Origin: Bacilli bacterium
Lineage (GTDB): Bacteria > Bacillota_I > Bacilli_A > ML615J-28 > CAG-313
Reading direction: 5' to 3'
DNA length: 45,563 bases
Assembly (NCBI GenBank): GCA_045612145.1
Contig: JAZKYN010000070.1
Span: 1-45,563 of the forward strand
Within the stretch, counting starts at the first letter, position 1; each line of letters begins with the position of its first letter. The notes under the pieces are model-generated. The model was given only the letters and a program-made list of their open reading frames with translations. It did no database searches and was not told where the DNA came from. Of the stretch, positions 15,614 through 25,740 are shown piece by piece. Both the position numbers and the translations under genes were made by a program.

Positions 15614-18019
15614 ATGAGCAGATTAGAATTAAAAATAGCGTTTAACGGTGAAAGCGGAGTTGATAACATTGAGTTTGTTCCTTCTAATTTTATTTCTGAA
15701 TACGATGATATTTTAGAAGGGACTTATTCAATAAACAGTAGTACTGGTTCGATAACAAATTTTGGTAGAGTCGTTATAAAAAATATAAAAATGTGGAAAA
15801 AAATATATTTTTATGCAAAAGAAGATTTAGCTACTGACCCAAAAACTTTAATACCTTTATATGCTGATGTTAGATATTTTTTAGATTCTGATAATAGCGT
15901 ATATTTATCAAGACTAGAAAATCCAACTTATGTTGATAACGGTATATATTTATTTGAATATGATTTAATACAAAACATCGAAACAAAAACTGGAACTCAA
16001 GCTAAAGATTGGTATCCTAAAGAAGAATCTTATTTAGAATTACAATTCAGTAGAGCTGATTTAAAAAACTTATCTGTTTCTCAGTGTAAATTAAAAATTA
16101 TTTTACCAGAAAAAACTTCTTATGTTAATTATTCTAATGGTTTCTTTGATAATTTAACATTTATAAAAACTCTTAGTGATAAGAATTTACCTTATTTTGG
16201 AACAAATAAATCTGATGGAGATATAAAAATTATTGATGCCGATAATTATATTAAAACAAGAGCTGATGTAAAAGAATTAAAAAATTATTTCAGCACGAAA
16301 ATTTATTTTAACGGAAATCAAATAGGGAAATTTATTGGAACTAACGGACATTTACCACTAAACAGCAAAGAATTTAATTATTCTTTAAATGATTATATTG
16401 ATTTTTTAGAAAAAATTCCTTGTGAAGAGTTTACTATAAACAATCAGATACCTTTAAAAGAGATATTAAACGGATTAGAATTATACGAACAAATTGTTTC
16501 TTTTAGTAGAGATTATTATCATATAACTTTTGAAAATTTATCTATTGAATACGAAAATTATTTAAAAGATTTTATTTTTGTATATCCTTACATAAACTGT
16601 AAAAATTTAAAAGAACTTTGGAACTCGTTTTTAAACGCTACAATGGGCAACATTTTTGTTAATGAAAACGGCAAATTAGAAATTGATTTTTATTTTATCA
16701 ACAGTCATAAGCTACCTATTGTCATTAAAAAGGAACACACTGAACAAGATGTAGAAATGAATTTAATACCAGATAATTATATTTCAAAAGTAAATGTAAA
16801 CACTAAATTATTTACAAGCGAATTTTCTTCTACAACAAGCGAAACATTAAATATAAACAATAAACTTCCTTCAAATGTTGGTGCAGGTTATTCTACCGAT
16901 TATTTAAGCGAAGAATTATTAAAATTTATTAACTCGAGTGAAAGACCTTATTACAACACAGAATATGAATCATTGTTTTACAAATTTAATAGTTTAAATA
17001 ATTTAGAATTTGATAAATGGACTAATGTCACAGTAGAAAAAAATAATTCTACTTTTACATCTAATATAAGTTTAAATATACAAGAAATGAATATAGAATG
17101 TGAAGGGTTTTTACAATTAAACGAGCCAGTGACTAAAAATTTACAAATAAATTATTATTTAGATTTTTTAAGAGTTTATAGTGGAGCTTATAGCGATTTG
17201 TATAACTATGGAAGCAACAAATTTTATATTGAATGGTGCGATTACGAAACTTACAATAACGTCAAAAGAACAAACGGAAATTTTTCAGATAGATTAACTT
17301 TGTATATAAATTCAAAAAAAGACATTGAAAAAAATGGATATTATTGTAAATTTTTCATTCCTATACATACTTTAATATTTGGAATAATAGACAGTAGTTC
17401 AGAAATGAACGAAGAGTATTATTTTAAAAGCATAAGCATTACAGTAGAACAAGGAAATTTAAAAGGCACTGTTTTAAATGTAGGAGAAAGTAACTTTTTT
17501 AAACAAGATTACCAAATTGAAAGCAATTCGTTAGTTGTAAGAGATTTAGAAGAAGTAATAGTAAAAGAAAGCTTAATAGTGAATACAAAAACAGAATTAG
17601 ACTCAATAGATACAACTAATTTGCAAGAAGGTGATTGTGCATTAGTTTTAAGTTTTAGTTCAGGGTATTCAGCAAGGTCTGTAATTTACAAATTAGATAG
17701 TTCTAAAAAATGGCAACTTTTAAAAACAAATAGAACACACAGATATAATGGCAAGCCTATTGACAGTTTCATTGGTGAAACTATTTATAACAACTTTAAA
17801 GACGGAAAAAAACAGATGACATTTACAACTAGCGTATATGACTTTTATAACACTGAAGGAATTTTAGTATATCAGGCTAATAAAGGGCAAATTTTGAGAG
17901 TTGGAGATTTAATTAGATTATCAGATAGGTCAAATGAAACTTTCAAAATTACGAAGATTTCAGCCTCATATGAGGGTGTGTTAAAACTTAAAATTTCAGC
18001 AATAGAAATAGATTATTAA
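15614..18019 (+). CDS. tail-associated protein / baseplate hub (Tal) candidate
   Basis: 801 aa, second gene after the TMP. I recognised no lysin domain. Confidence 0.5.
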   Translation: MSRLELKIAFNGESGVDNIEFVPSNFISEYDDILEGTYSINSSTGSITNFGRVVIKNIKMWKKIYFYAKEDLATDPKTLIPLYADVRYFLDSDNSVYLSRLENPTYVDNGIYLFEYDLIQNIETKTGTQAKDWYPKEESYLELQFSRADLKNLSVSQCKLKIILPEKTSYVNYSNGFFDNLTFIKTLSDKNLPYFGTNKSDGDIKIIDADNYIKTRADVKELKNYFSTKIYFNGNQIGKFIGTNGHLPLNSKEFNYSLNDYIDFLEKIPCEEFTINNQIPLKEILNGLELYEQIVSFSRDYYHITFENLSIEYENYLKDFIFVYPYINCKNLKELWNSFLNATMGNIFVNENGKLEIDFYFINSHKLPIVIKKEHTEQDVEMNLIPDNYISKVNVNTKLFTSEFSSTTSETLNINNKLPSNVGAGYSTDYLSEELLKFINSSERPYYNTEYESLFYKFNSLNNLEFDKWTNVTVEKNNSTFTSNISLNIQEMNIECEGFLQLNEPVTKNLQINYYLDFLRVYSGAYSDLYNYGSNKFYIEWCDYETYNNVKRTNGNFSDRLTLYINSKKDIEKNGYYCKFFIPIHTLIFGIIDSSSEMNEEYYFKSISITVEQGNLKGTVLNVGESNFFKQDYQIESNSLVVRDLEEVIVKESLIVNTKTELDSIDTTNLQEGDCALVLSFSSGYSARSVIYKLDSSKKWQLLKTNRTHRYNGKPIDSFIGETIYNNFKDGKKQMTFTTSVYDFYNTEGILVYQANKGQILRVGDLIRLSDRSNETFKITKISASYEGVLKLKISAIEIDY

Positions 18020-18058
18020 AACAACGAAGAATAAAAAATATAAATGAAAGGATAAACT

Positions 18059-19399
18059 ATGAGAAATATTTTAGTAAATGTAAATGAACAAAGATTATAT
18101 TTAAATCAAAATGAGTTTATCGTAGAAGGAAGTTTAAATTATTTACAACTTAAAGTAAATTTTATAAGTGAAAATTGGAAGAAGTGCAACTTTATAATTG
18201 CATCATACGAACACAATAATGGGACTAAATCAAAAGAAATTGTAGAAAACGATATTGCTGAAATCAAAGGCAAACTATTAAAGACTGGCGTTTTAAAAAT
18301 ATCTTTAGAAGGATATAGCGTTAGTCAAAATAGAATTATTACAACTAACTATGTTGAACTATCTATAAGAAATACATTATCAAACGATAACGAATATGAA
18401 GAGATAAACACATACGACAAAATTTTTGATTCGTATCACAAAGCTTATCAAGAAGGAATGTATTTAGTATTAGAAAAACATAACGGAGAAAAAACTAGAG
18501 TAAAATTAACAAGTGATGAAGAATTCAGAGGCGAGTACAACAGTTACGATGAGCTAATTGCAACAAACCCTACTGGAGAAGCTGGTTATTACGCTTATGT
18601 TAAAGAAGAAGATAAACTAGTAATGTACATTTGGAGTGGCTTTAGTAACACTTGGGAATTGTTTGCTGGTGGCGGAGGAGGAGATTCTGAATACACTAAT
18701 GAAAATCCTACAACTGCAACTTTAGGTGGAATCGAAAAAGGTTCTACATTTGATAAAGTGCCTTACAGCGAATTATTTAATATGTTGTTATATCCTTATG
18801 TAGAGTTTGAATTTTCTGTTTCAACAAATCCTAACGGAGGAACATACGAAGCAGGAGCAACACAAACAATTGATAGCGTTACAGTAGATGTTCAGTTAGG
18901 AAGTAAGCCTATTACTGGCATCGTTGTTAAGCAAGGTAACCAAATTGTAGCAAGCAAAACAGACGGAATCACAGAAAAAAATACAATTTCTTTGAATATA
19001 ACTGTTGATGAAAACTCTACATATAATTATTTAACATTAGAAGTTACTGACGGTAAAACAACAAAAACAGAAAATAGCAAGACGTTTGACTTTGTTTATC
19101 CGTATTATTATGGTAAAATTAATGCAGACGAAAGCTTAAATGAAACTTTAATTAAAAGTCTAAACAAACAAGTAGTAAGTAAAAGTAAAAAAGAATATAA
19201 TTATGAATTAAATCAAGAAAAAGCAGTGATAGCATACAATGCGAACTACGGTGATTTATCTAGTATCAAAGACCAAAATGGATTTGAATATTTAGAATTA
19301 TTTGAAAAACAATACGTCACAATTGATGGAATAAATTATGTAGTTTACGTATTAGCTAATGCTAGTTCTAACACAATGAAGTTTACGTTTACATATTAG
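18059..19399 (+). CDS. baseplate / fibre-associated structural protein
   Basis: Assigned from synteny. It has a poly-Gly linker (AGGGGGD) between two domains. Confidence 0.4.
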   Translation: MRNILVNVNEQRLYLNQNEFIVEGSLNYLQLKVNFISENWKKCNFIIASYEHNNGTKSKEIVENDIAEIKGKLLKTGVLKISLEGYSVSQNRIITTNYVELSIRNTLSNDNEYEEINTYDKIFDSYHKAYQEGMYLVLEKHNGEKTRVKLTSDEEFRGEYNSYDELIATNPTGEAGYYAYVKEEDKLVMYIWSGFSNTWELFAGGGGGDSEYTNENPTTATLGGIEKGSTFDKVPYSELFNMLLYPYVEFEFSVSTNPNGGTYEAGATQTIDSVTVDVQLGSKPITGIVVKQGNQIVASKTDGITEKNTISLNITVDENSTYNYLTLEVTDGKTTKTENSKTFDFVYPYYYGKINADESLNETLIKSLNKQVVSKSKKEYNYELNQEKAVIAYNANYGDLSSIKDQNGFEYLELFEKQYVTIDGINYVVYVLANASSNTMKFTFTY

Positions 19400-19410
19400 G
19401 AGGTAGAAAT

Positions 19411-19986
19411 ATGAGCTTTAAAGATAAAAAAGGTATTCAAATAGCAAATGGCTTTAAACTTTCTTCTAATATTCCAATGGACGTAAGAACGATTGTAGAA
19501 AACGAAGAAGAACTACAAGGCTTAATTGATAGTAAAGTAGTACACGAAGGTTTAACTGTTTGGGTTAAGTCTTTAAATAAAAAATTAACATTTGATGGGA
19601 ACGAATTTATTGATGACTCGGGAGAAGCGATTAATTTAGGTTTATCTTCTAAGCAACAAGAAGGTGCTGACTATTTAGGAAGTATAACTGTCAATGGAGA
19701 TACTTTTAACATTCCAGCTGAAACAGACCCTATTAATATTAAAATGTCTAACGAAAAGAAAGGTAATGCACCTTATCTTGGAAGTCTTCAAATAGGAAAC
19801 GACACTTGGAATATTCCAGACAATAATGAACCTTTTACAATGACGTTTGATGAAGAAAACGTTGAAGGAGCAAAAGAACTTGGCTCTATCACTTTATTTG
19901 GAGATACTTGGAATATTATAAGCAAAGAATATGTTGACAAAACTATTAAAAATTCAATAGAGAATAAGCTTCAGGAGGACTACTAA
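19411..19986 (+). CDS. structural protein with three ~35-aa repeats
   Basis: Repeats: GADYLGSITVNGDTFNIP, NAPYLGSLQIGNDTWNIP and GAKELGSITLFGDTWNII. Confidence 0.4.
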   Translation: MSFKDKKGIQIANGFKLSSNIPMDVRTIVENEEELQGLIDSKVVHEGLTVWVKSLNKKLTFDGNEFIDDSGEAINLGLSSKQQEGADYLGSITVNGDTFNIPAETDPINIKMSNEKKGNAPYLGSLQIGNDTWNIPDNNEPFTMTFDEENVEGAKELGSITLFGDTWNIISKEYVDKTIKNSIENKLQEDY

Positions 19987-19987
19987 T

Positions 19988-21541
19988 ATGGATAAATGGA
20001 GAGGGACAGCAGTTCCTAATACTGGTTTAGTAGAAAAAGTTTATTTAAACATTAATCTAAACGATGAAGAAATAACTGAAATTTGTAGCAAGTTGACAAT
20101 GAAGTTAGAAGGTTGGGCTGAGTATATTCTTAACACAGCTGAATCATCAGATATATCGTTGTATATCGTTGACCTTGAAACAGCTTACAATCAAAAAGGT
20201 TATGCAATTATTAACACAATAACTGAAGAAAAATATTATGTTAGTACACAAAACGAAATTAGTGATGAGTACCCTTTTGTCGGTTGGAATCCAGATTTTA
20301 ATGGTGAAATTGTTGTAAATAAAGAATTAACTTCTGAATACAACGGTGTTGCATCAGGAACTCAAAACGAATTAATTTTTGAACTTTTCTCATCAGAACC
20401 TATTATTAAATTAAAATTAAATCTAGATGAATTTTTAACTGACCTTGCAGACTCTATTCGTTATGTAAAAGGCACTGAAGAAAAAGTCAACGCACAAAAT
20501 TATTCTAGTGAAATTAGAAAGTTTAAAGGCAGTAGTGGAGGTGGAGCAAGCACACCTGTTGACAATGGAGCAATTTACGAAGGCAAATATCGTGTTAGAT
20601 ACTTTGACACTGACGGCACTATTCTTAAAATTGAATACGTTGCAGAAGGTGGAAAATTAACTCCACCAGATAATCCAAGTTACGACCCTGACTACTTAAT
20701 TTTTGCTGAATGGAATTATGACACAGAGAATTATATTGTAGGACAACCTACTGATATTGATGCTACATATAACACAGTAGATAATGCAACTTATTTATTC
20801 TGTAGGTTTACTACAAAAACAGGATTAAATCCTACACTTGGTTTTACTGGTGCTAGTCTTATTGATTGGGGCGATGGAACAGTTGATACATATATAGCAC
20901 ACACTTATGCAAATGCAGGTGAATATATTATAAAAATATACGGTGATATTATTGCTGGTAATAAAATATTAGGAGCAAGTTTTCAAAACCAAGCACTACA
21001 AAAAATTTATATAAAAAACGGTTTTACAAATTTAATTGATTCTGCATTCACTGAGTGTAGATGTTTAACAAATATAATAATCCCAGAAAGTGTTACAAGT
21101 ATAGGAAGTAGAGCATTCCAAAATTGCTATAGTTTAACAAATATAATAATCCCAAAAAGTGTCATAAGTATAGGAGGTTCTGCATTTGATAATTGCTATA
21201 GTTTAATAAATATATCGATTCCAGAAGGTGTAACAAGTATAGGAAGTTATACATTCCGAGGTTGTAGCAATTTAAAAAAAGTATCAATCCCAAAAAGTGT
21301 CATAAGTATAGAAAGTTCTGCATTCAATAATTGCTATAGTTTAACAAATTACTTTATATATTGTGATACAGTACCAGCGGTATCAAATACAAATGTGTTT
21401 TCTAACATTAACAAAGGAGCAATTATGTGGGTTAACGACTCCATCATTGAAGAGCTTAAAGTTTCAACAAACTGGTCAGAGTATGCTTTACATATGAAAC
21501 CACTGTCTTGGTATCCAAGTTTGACAGACCCTAACGCATAA
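19988..21541 (+). CDS. receptor-binding protein candidate with BspA/TpLRR-type leucine-rich repeats
   Basis: Four or more 23-aa repeats of the type LTNIIIPxSVxSIGxxAFxNCYS. Confidence 0.7.
   Translation: MDKWRGTAVPNTGLVEKVYLNINLNDEEITEICSKLTMKLEGWAEYILNTAESSDISLYIVDLETAYNQKGYAIINTITEEKYYVSTQNEISDEYPFVGWNPDFNGEIVVNKELTSEYNGVASGTQNELIFELFSSEPIIKLKLNLDEFLTDLADSIRYVKGTEEKVNAQNYSSEIRKFKGSSGGGASTPVDNGAIYEGKYRVRYFDTDGTILKIEYVAEGGKLTPPDNPSYDPDYLIFAEWNYDTENYIVGQPTDIDATYNTVDNATYLFCRFTTKTGLNPTLGFTGASLIDWGDGTVDTYIAHTYANAGEYIIKIYGDIIAGNKILGASFQNQALQKIYIKNGFTNLIDSAFTECRCLTNIIIPESVTSIGSRAFQNCYSLTNIIIPKSVISIGGSAFDNCYSLINISIPEGVTSIGSYTFRGCSNLKKVSIPKSVISIESSAFNNCYSLTNYFIYCDTVPAVSNTNVFSNINKGAIMWVNDSIIEELKVSTNWSEYALHMKPLSWYPSLTDPNA
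21064..21350 (+). repeat. tandem 69-bp repeats (LRR units) with high nucleotide identity
   Basis: For example, TCCCAAAAAGTGTCATAAGTATAG recurs exactly at ~21150 and ~21288. AATTGCTATAGTTTAACAAAT recurs at ~21122 and ~21329. Confidence 0.8.
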
Positions 21542-21555
21542 GGAGGAAAACTAAT

Positions 21556-21804
21556 ATGGTAATAAAAGAATTTTATAGGCAAAGAGAAGACGGCGTGAAG
21601 CTGTACAGAAACGTTGACGTGAAGGTTAACAAAAAGTTTGAGCCATTGAGAGATGAAAACGGCGAGCTAATACGTACTGGTTTTTACATCAAACAAATTG
21701 AAACAGGCGTTGAGTACGCTGAGGCTATCGACGTTGAAAACGCACCTTACACTTATGCAGAGACTGACAAACCAATCGAACCAATTGAGGAGGTTACACA
21801 ATGA
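21556..21804 (+). CDS. small acidic protein following RBP 1
   Basis: AAGGAGG RBS. C-terminal segment YTYAETDKPIEP is related to the tails of the ORFs at 22533 and 24393. Confidence 0.5.
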   Translation: MVIKEFYRQREDGVKLYRNVDVKVNKKFEPLRDENGELIRTGFYIKQIETGVEYAEAIDVENAPYTYAETDKPIEPIEEVTQ

Positions 21805-22523
21805 AAACAGATTACATAATGACGGCGTTGAAACGACCTTCTGATGAACAGTTGGCGGAAGTAAAGCAAGCGTTGGTTGATAAAGGTGTTGCTGATGAGA
21901 ATATATCTAACGATAAATTAGATGAAGTTATAAAAAGTTTAAAACTCGGTGGAGTTAAAGCTCTTTTTGATGCTAAAAAAAGTTGTTACTGTGAGTTTTA
22001 CCAAAGTTATGTAACTGATGAAGAACTAGAAACATTATTAAAATATACTGATACAAGTAACGTTACAAGTATGGAAAGTATGTTTAATGCTTGCTATAAT
22101 ATAACAAAAATACCTATAATAGACTCAAGTAATGTAACAACTATGGCACAGATGTTTTATAATTGTATATCATTAATAGCAGGGCCTCAAATAGAGACAA
22201 GTAATGTAATGAATATGAGCAATATGTTTGGTGGGTGTAAAAACTTAACAACAATACCAGCATATAATGTAAGCTTATGTAATAATTTTGGTAGTATGTT
22301 TTACCAATGTTCAAATCTTGAATCAATTCTTATGTATGGTATGAAATTTAACTTTGATATTTCAGCAAGCACTAAATTTACTAGAGATGCTTTAGTTACA
22401 ATACTTAATAATCTAGCAACAGTAACATCAACTAAAAAACTAACAATGGGTTCAACTAACCTAGCAAAACTTACTGATGAAGACAAAGCTATTGCAACCA
22501 ACAAAGGTTGGACTTTAGCGTAG
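21801..22523 (+). CDS. receptor-binding protein candidate, DUF285/BspA-like LRR
   Basis: Repeats of the type TSNVTSMESMFNACYNITKIP, SSNVTTMAQMFYNCISL and TSNVMNMSNMFGGCKNLTTIP. The N-terminal segment LAEVKQALVDKGV is shared with the ORF at 22766. Confidence 0.65.
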   Translation: MKTDYIMTALKRPSDEQLAEVKQALVDKGVADENISNDKLDEVIKSLKLGGVKALFDAKKSCYCEFYQSYVTDEELETLLKYTDTSNVTSMESMFNACYNITKIPIIDSSNVTTMAQMFYNCISLIAGPQIETSNVMNMSNMFGGCKNLTTIPAYNVSLCNNFGSMFYQCSNLESILMYGMKFNFDISASTKFTRDALVTILNNLATVTSTKKLTMGSTNLAKLTDEDKAIATNKGWTLA

Positions 22524-22532
22524 GAGGAAAAT

Positions 22533-22754
22533 ATGAAACAAATTAATAATAAATTAATTCCTGATGAAAACAAACATCTAAAAGACATTAACTCTGGCGA
22601 AATTTGTGAAGGTGCTATTTATCTAGGTATTTATGATAGTGCTGAAAATTACACTGAAGTAAGCGAAGAAGAGTATCAAGCGTGGTTGAATAGAAAAGTT
22701 GAAGATGAATACTTCACAGACCAAGAGCCACAAAATGTGGAAGAAGAAAGCTGA
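22533..22754 (+). CDS. small acidic protein following RBP 2
   Basis: AGGAGG RBS; C-terminal EYFTDQEP motif. Confidence 0.5.
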   Translation: MKQINNKLIPDENKHLKDINSGEICEGAIYLGIYDSAENYTEVSEEEYQAWLNRKVEDEYFTDQEPQNVEEES

Positions 22755-22765
22755 GGTGAATAAAA

Positions 22766-24391
22766 ATGGCTAATTTTGAAAAGCAATATAGTTTAAGAAA
22801 GATAAAGCAACCGACAGACAAATATTTGGACGACGTGAAAGAGGTGCTGGTTGACAAGGGAGTGGTTTTAGAAGACACGCCTTATGACTTGATGCCAGAT
22901 GCAATCACGGAAGGATTTGTGGAAATTGAAGAAAAAGAACAGGCTTTGGAAGATGTTAAACATTTGCTGGTTAATAAAGGGATAGTTAATGAGGATACAA
23001 GTTATAGTGAGTTAGATGATGTTACTGAAGAAAGTCTTGTAAACTTAAAACCTGAAAATATTAAAAACGGTATACGAATTGGAACAGTTAAGGGAACTTT
23101 AGGTGCTGACTTAAGTAGTATTAATTTAGACGAATGTATAGTACAAAAAAATTATGGTTTTGATAATGCTTTTTATGCTTCAAATGGTATTGATGTTTAT
23201 GGTAGTTACTCTAGTAGTGAAAAACTAGGTATTTATCACGTTAACTCATCTACTAACGAATTAACACAAATTTATGCTGAAGGTTATAACTGGAAATATT
23301 GGGTTGAAGATAATAGTGGAAATATTTTTGTAAGTAGTAGTGTATCAAATTATAAAGGTATTATTTGTTTAAAAAGTGGCGTTGCTAGAAAGGTTTACCA
23401 AGATGGTTATTATTGGGGTGGTTATTTTTTAGATGATGATGGAATAATTTATTTACAATCATATGCAACTTATAGTACTTCATTTGGCCTTTTAGCAATT
23501 GAAAATGGTGTGTGTGAGAAGATTATAACAGGATACACAAAAGGGTCTTTTTATAAAACAAAAACTAACGAATTGTATTGGATAAGCTCTGGTTGGGGGG
23601 ATTCAGATGGTAAAGGTTTAGTTTATATACATAAAGGTATGGCTACAAGTGTGACTAATAAAGGTCAATCATCAAAAATCATTGAACACAATGGGTATAT
23701 TTATTATGGCTCATATCAAATTGGGCTTGGTATATTAAAGAAAGACGTACTAACTAATATATTAGATATTAGTATGTTAAACTGGACGTCTGTTTGTTTG
23801 TCGAATGGAAAAATTTATATATTTATGGACGCTAATTGTTACTATGTTTACGAAAACACAGTTAGTACTATAACACTTCCTAAAAGTATGTCTTATAAAT
23901 TCAAAGATAGCAAAGAAAATATTTATCTGCAAAGTGGTGATGCTAAATCATACTATATGTTTGCTAATGAAGAATTTAAGTTACTTTATACTGATGAAAC
24001 ATACGGTATGTCATATACTAAATTTTTTGAAGCATCAAATGGTAACATATATGCGAACTCAACTTACAGTCAAATGCCTGGTATGTTATGTATTAAAAAT
24101 GGTGAGTGTACAGTGCTTTCAATACCGAGTGGCTATCGTTATAATTACGTAAACTTCTTTGAAGATAGTAAAGGTAATATTTATGTACAGAATAATAATT
24201 ATACAACCAATATAATTCATATTGATGATACTACTGTTACGCTACTTCCATCTGTTACAAAAGATTTTACATTTTTTGCTGAAATAGAAGAAGGTGTATT
24301 GGTTTCAAATACAAATGTACCTGACACATCATCAACTATTTATTTATTCGTTGGTGCAGACTGGTATACAGTAAAAATCAAGGAGGATTAA
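22766..24391 (+). CDS. receptor-binding protein candidate with beta-propeller-like repeats
   Basis: The N-terminal module is duplicated (LDDVKEVLVDKGV and LEDVKHLLVNKGI). About eight recurring G-N-I-Y/F-x-x-S blades (GNIFVSS, GIIYLQS, GYIYYGS, GNIYANS, GNIYVQN and others). Confidence 0.5.
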   Translation: MANFEKQYSLRKIKQPTDKYLDDVKEVLVDKGVVLEDTPYDLMPDAITEGFVEIEEKEQALEDVKHLLVNKGIVNEDTSYSELDDVTEESLVNLKPENIKNGIRIGTVKGTLGADLSSINLDECIVQKNYGFDNAFYASNGIDVYGSYSSSEKLGIYHVNSSTNELTQIYAEGYNWKYWVEDNSGNIFVSSSVSNYKGIICLKSGVARKVYQDGYYWGGYFLDDDGIIYLQSYATYSTSFGLLAIENGVCEKIITGYTKGSFYKTKTNELYWISSGWGDSDGKGLVYIHKGMATSVTNKGQSSKIIEHNGYIYYGSYQIGLGILKKDVLTNILDISMLNWTSVCLSNGKIYIFMDANCYYVYENTVSTITLPKSMSYKFKDSKENIYLQSGDAKSYYMFANEEFKLLYTDETYGMSYTKFFEASNGNIYANSTYSQMPGMLCIKNGECTVLSIPSGYRYNYVNFFEDSKGNIYVQNNNYTTNIIHIDDTTVTLLPSVTKDFTFFAEIEEGVLVSNTNVPDTSSTIYLFVGADWYTVKIKED

Positions 24392-24392
24392 A

Positions 24393-24554
24393 GTGATTTA
24401 CTTAATAAAAAACGACAATACATATGAAATTTTTGAAAACGTAATTGAATGGTCAGAAAATTATTGTATTTATAAAGCAGGCAAAGGCATTTGTAAAATC
24501 TACGCAACTGAAGGTGAATACTTCACAGATGTAGAACCTGTTGAACAACAATAA
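24393..24554 (+). CDS. small acidic protein following RBP 3 (53 aa, GTG start)
   Basis: Not in the ORF track. AGGAGG lies 6 nt upstream of the GTG. C-terminal EYFTDVEP motif. Confidence 0.45.
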   Translation: MIYLIKNDNTYEIFENVIEWSENYCIYKAGKGICKIYATEGEYFTDVEPVEQQ

Positions 24555-24598
24555 AACCTAAAATCGCAACGAAGAAAAATATAAAATAATAAAAACAC

Positions 24599-24627
24599 TT
24601 GACAGCAAAAAAAGAATGTGGTATAAT
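24599..24627 (+). promoter_or_regulatory. promoter P5 (TTGACA-17-TATAAT, TGTGG -16 region)
   Basis: Perfect hexamers. It overlaps the upstream part of track ORF 24599..24979, which argues for the downstream start at 24650. Confidence 0.7.
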
Positions 24628-24649
24628 TTTACTCGTGGAGGTAATAGAT

Positions 24650-24979
24650 ATGAACAAAGTAATTCAATTTATCGGTGGCTTCCCTAACGGGTTTGTCAGC
24701 AAGTTGTCATTAATGGTACTGCTTGTATGTTGTGCCGCATTCTTAGTTGTCGGTGTAGTTCAAGTTTTAAAAGACAAGAACGGCATTTATAACTTTAAAA
24801 CAGAATGGTTAAGTATCCTAGTTGCAGAAGCATTATATATTGTTTGTTTCATCATATATATTGCGGTGTTTAAAAAAGTTTTCGTGTTATACGAATTACT
24901 AGCGATTCTTAGCTTAGGCGTATTTACGGGAGTATTTGCGAGCCTAATCGCAGAAAAATTATTCCAACAAAAGAAATAA
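24650..24979 (+). CDS. three-TM membrane protein, holin-like
   Basis: Start at the ATG after GGAGG. Three hydrophobic helices and a basic C-terminus (QQKK). It sits after the tail genes. Confidence 0.5.
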   Translation: MNKVIQFIGGFPNGFVSKLSLMVLLVCCAAFLVVGVVQVLKDKNGIYNFKTEWLSILVAEALYIVCFIIYIAVFKKVFVLYELLAILSLGVFTGVFASLIAEKLFQQKK

Positions 24980-25167
24980 CATTGGGCAGTTAGTTCTTCT
25001 TGTTTTGCGATATTAATACACCACATTATTATTGCAAAAGTTTTTTTCATAAAATTCTTCTAATACAACAGATTAGGAGCAATAATGTGAAAAATATTAT
25101 AGATATTATAAAAGCATTGTTCCTAGTAATAGAAATTTATATTTTTAGTAAAGGAGCAAAAAACAAA

Positions 25168-25662
25168 ATGAAAAACTTATCAAAATGGTTTAAATCAAAT
25201 AAAGGTGCAATCGTATCTTTATTAACATTCGTTCTTTCAATTTCAGATTTACTATTTAACTGGATTTTAGGCGAAAATACAATTTATGTATTAGGCTTCA
25301 ATCTAGTTGGTGTTCTAGGTCTTGCTATTGCTTTAGCTATTGCAGTATTCACTTCAGGGTTCTCAAGTGCAAAAGTGCAAGAAGTTATTGACAAAGCTAA
25401 AAACCAATTAAAATTAGATGCAAACAATGGTTTATCATACGAAGAAAGAGTTAAAATCGGTAAAAAGATTAACGCTTTACAAAAGAAAAAAGCTGAAATC
25501 AAAAAAGAAAATCAAGCAGTTATTGACAACGTAGAAGTTTATAATATTCCTTCAAATGATGATGCTATCAAGTATGAAAACTACAAAAAGCAAACTGCTA
25601 TTTTAGATGGTCAAATCAAAAAACTTAGAATTAAATTAGGCGAAATTAAAGAAGACGAATAA
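25168..25662 (+). CDS. membrane protein with C-terminal coiled coil (alternative in-frame GTG start at 25087)
   Basis: ATG after AAGGAG. Two TM segments are followed by a K/E-rich helix. The upstream GTG (AGGAG 7 nt before it) would add a 27-aa hydrophobic extension. Confidence 0.45.
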   Translation: MKNLSKWFKSNKGAIVSLLTFVLSISDLLFNWILGENTIYVLGFNLVGVLGLAIALAIAVFTSGFSSAKVQEVIDKAKNQLKLDANNGLSYEERVKIGKKINALQKKKAEIKKENQAVIDNVEVYNIPSNDDAIKYENYKKQTAILDGQIKKLRIKLGEIKEDE

Positions 25663-25673
25663 TTCTATAATGT

Positions 25674-25698
25674 GGCTTGTTAAAGCAAGCCTTTTTTT
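25674..25698 (+). terminator. intrinsic terminator
   Basis: GGCTTG/CAAGCC stem followed by a T7 run. Confidence 0.65.
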
Positions 25699-25740
25699 AA
25701 AACAAAAATCTTAATAAAACACAGGAGTAAACGAATTATT

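Noticed and set aside
21838-22483. Hammerhead-like CTGATGA cores at several positions.
   Set aside because: All are inside well-supported coding frames, with no flanking helices or GAAA partner in a ribozyme arrangement.
19988-24391. A diversity-generating retroelement or an invertible tail-fibre (shufflon/Gin-type) system.
   Set aside because: The window has no reverse transcriptase and no invertase. I found no template/variable repeat pair and no inverted crossover sites flanking the fibre C-termini. The only repeats are the in-frame LRR tandem units.
24599-24649. The N-terminal 17 codons of track ORF 24599..24979.
   Set aside because: They overlap the -35 and -10 hexamers of promoter P5. 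The ATG at 24650 has a GGAGG RBS.
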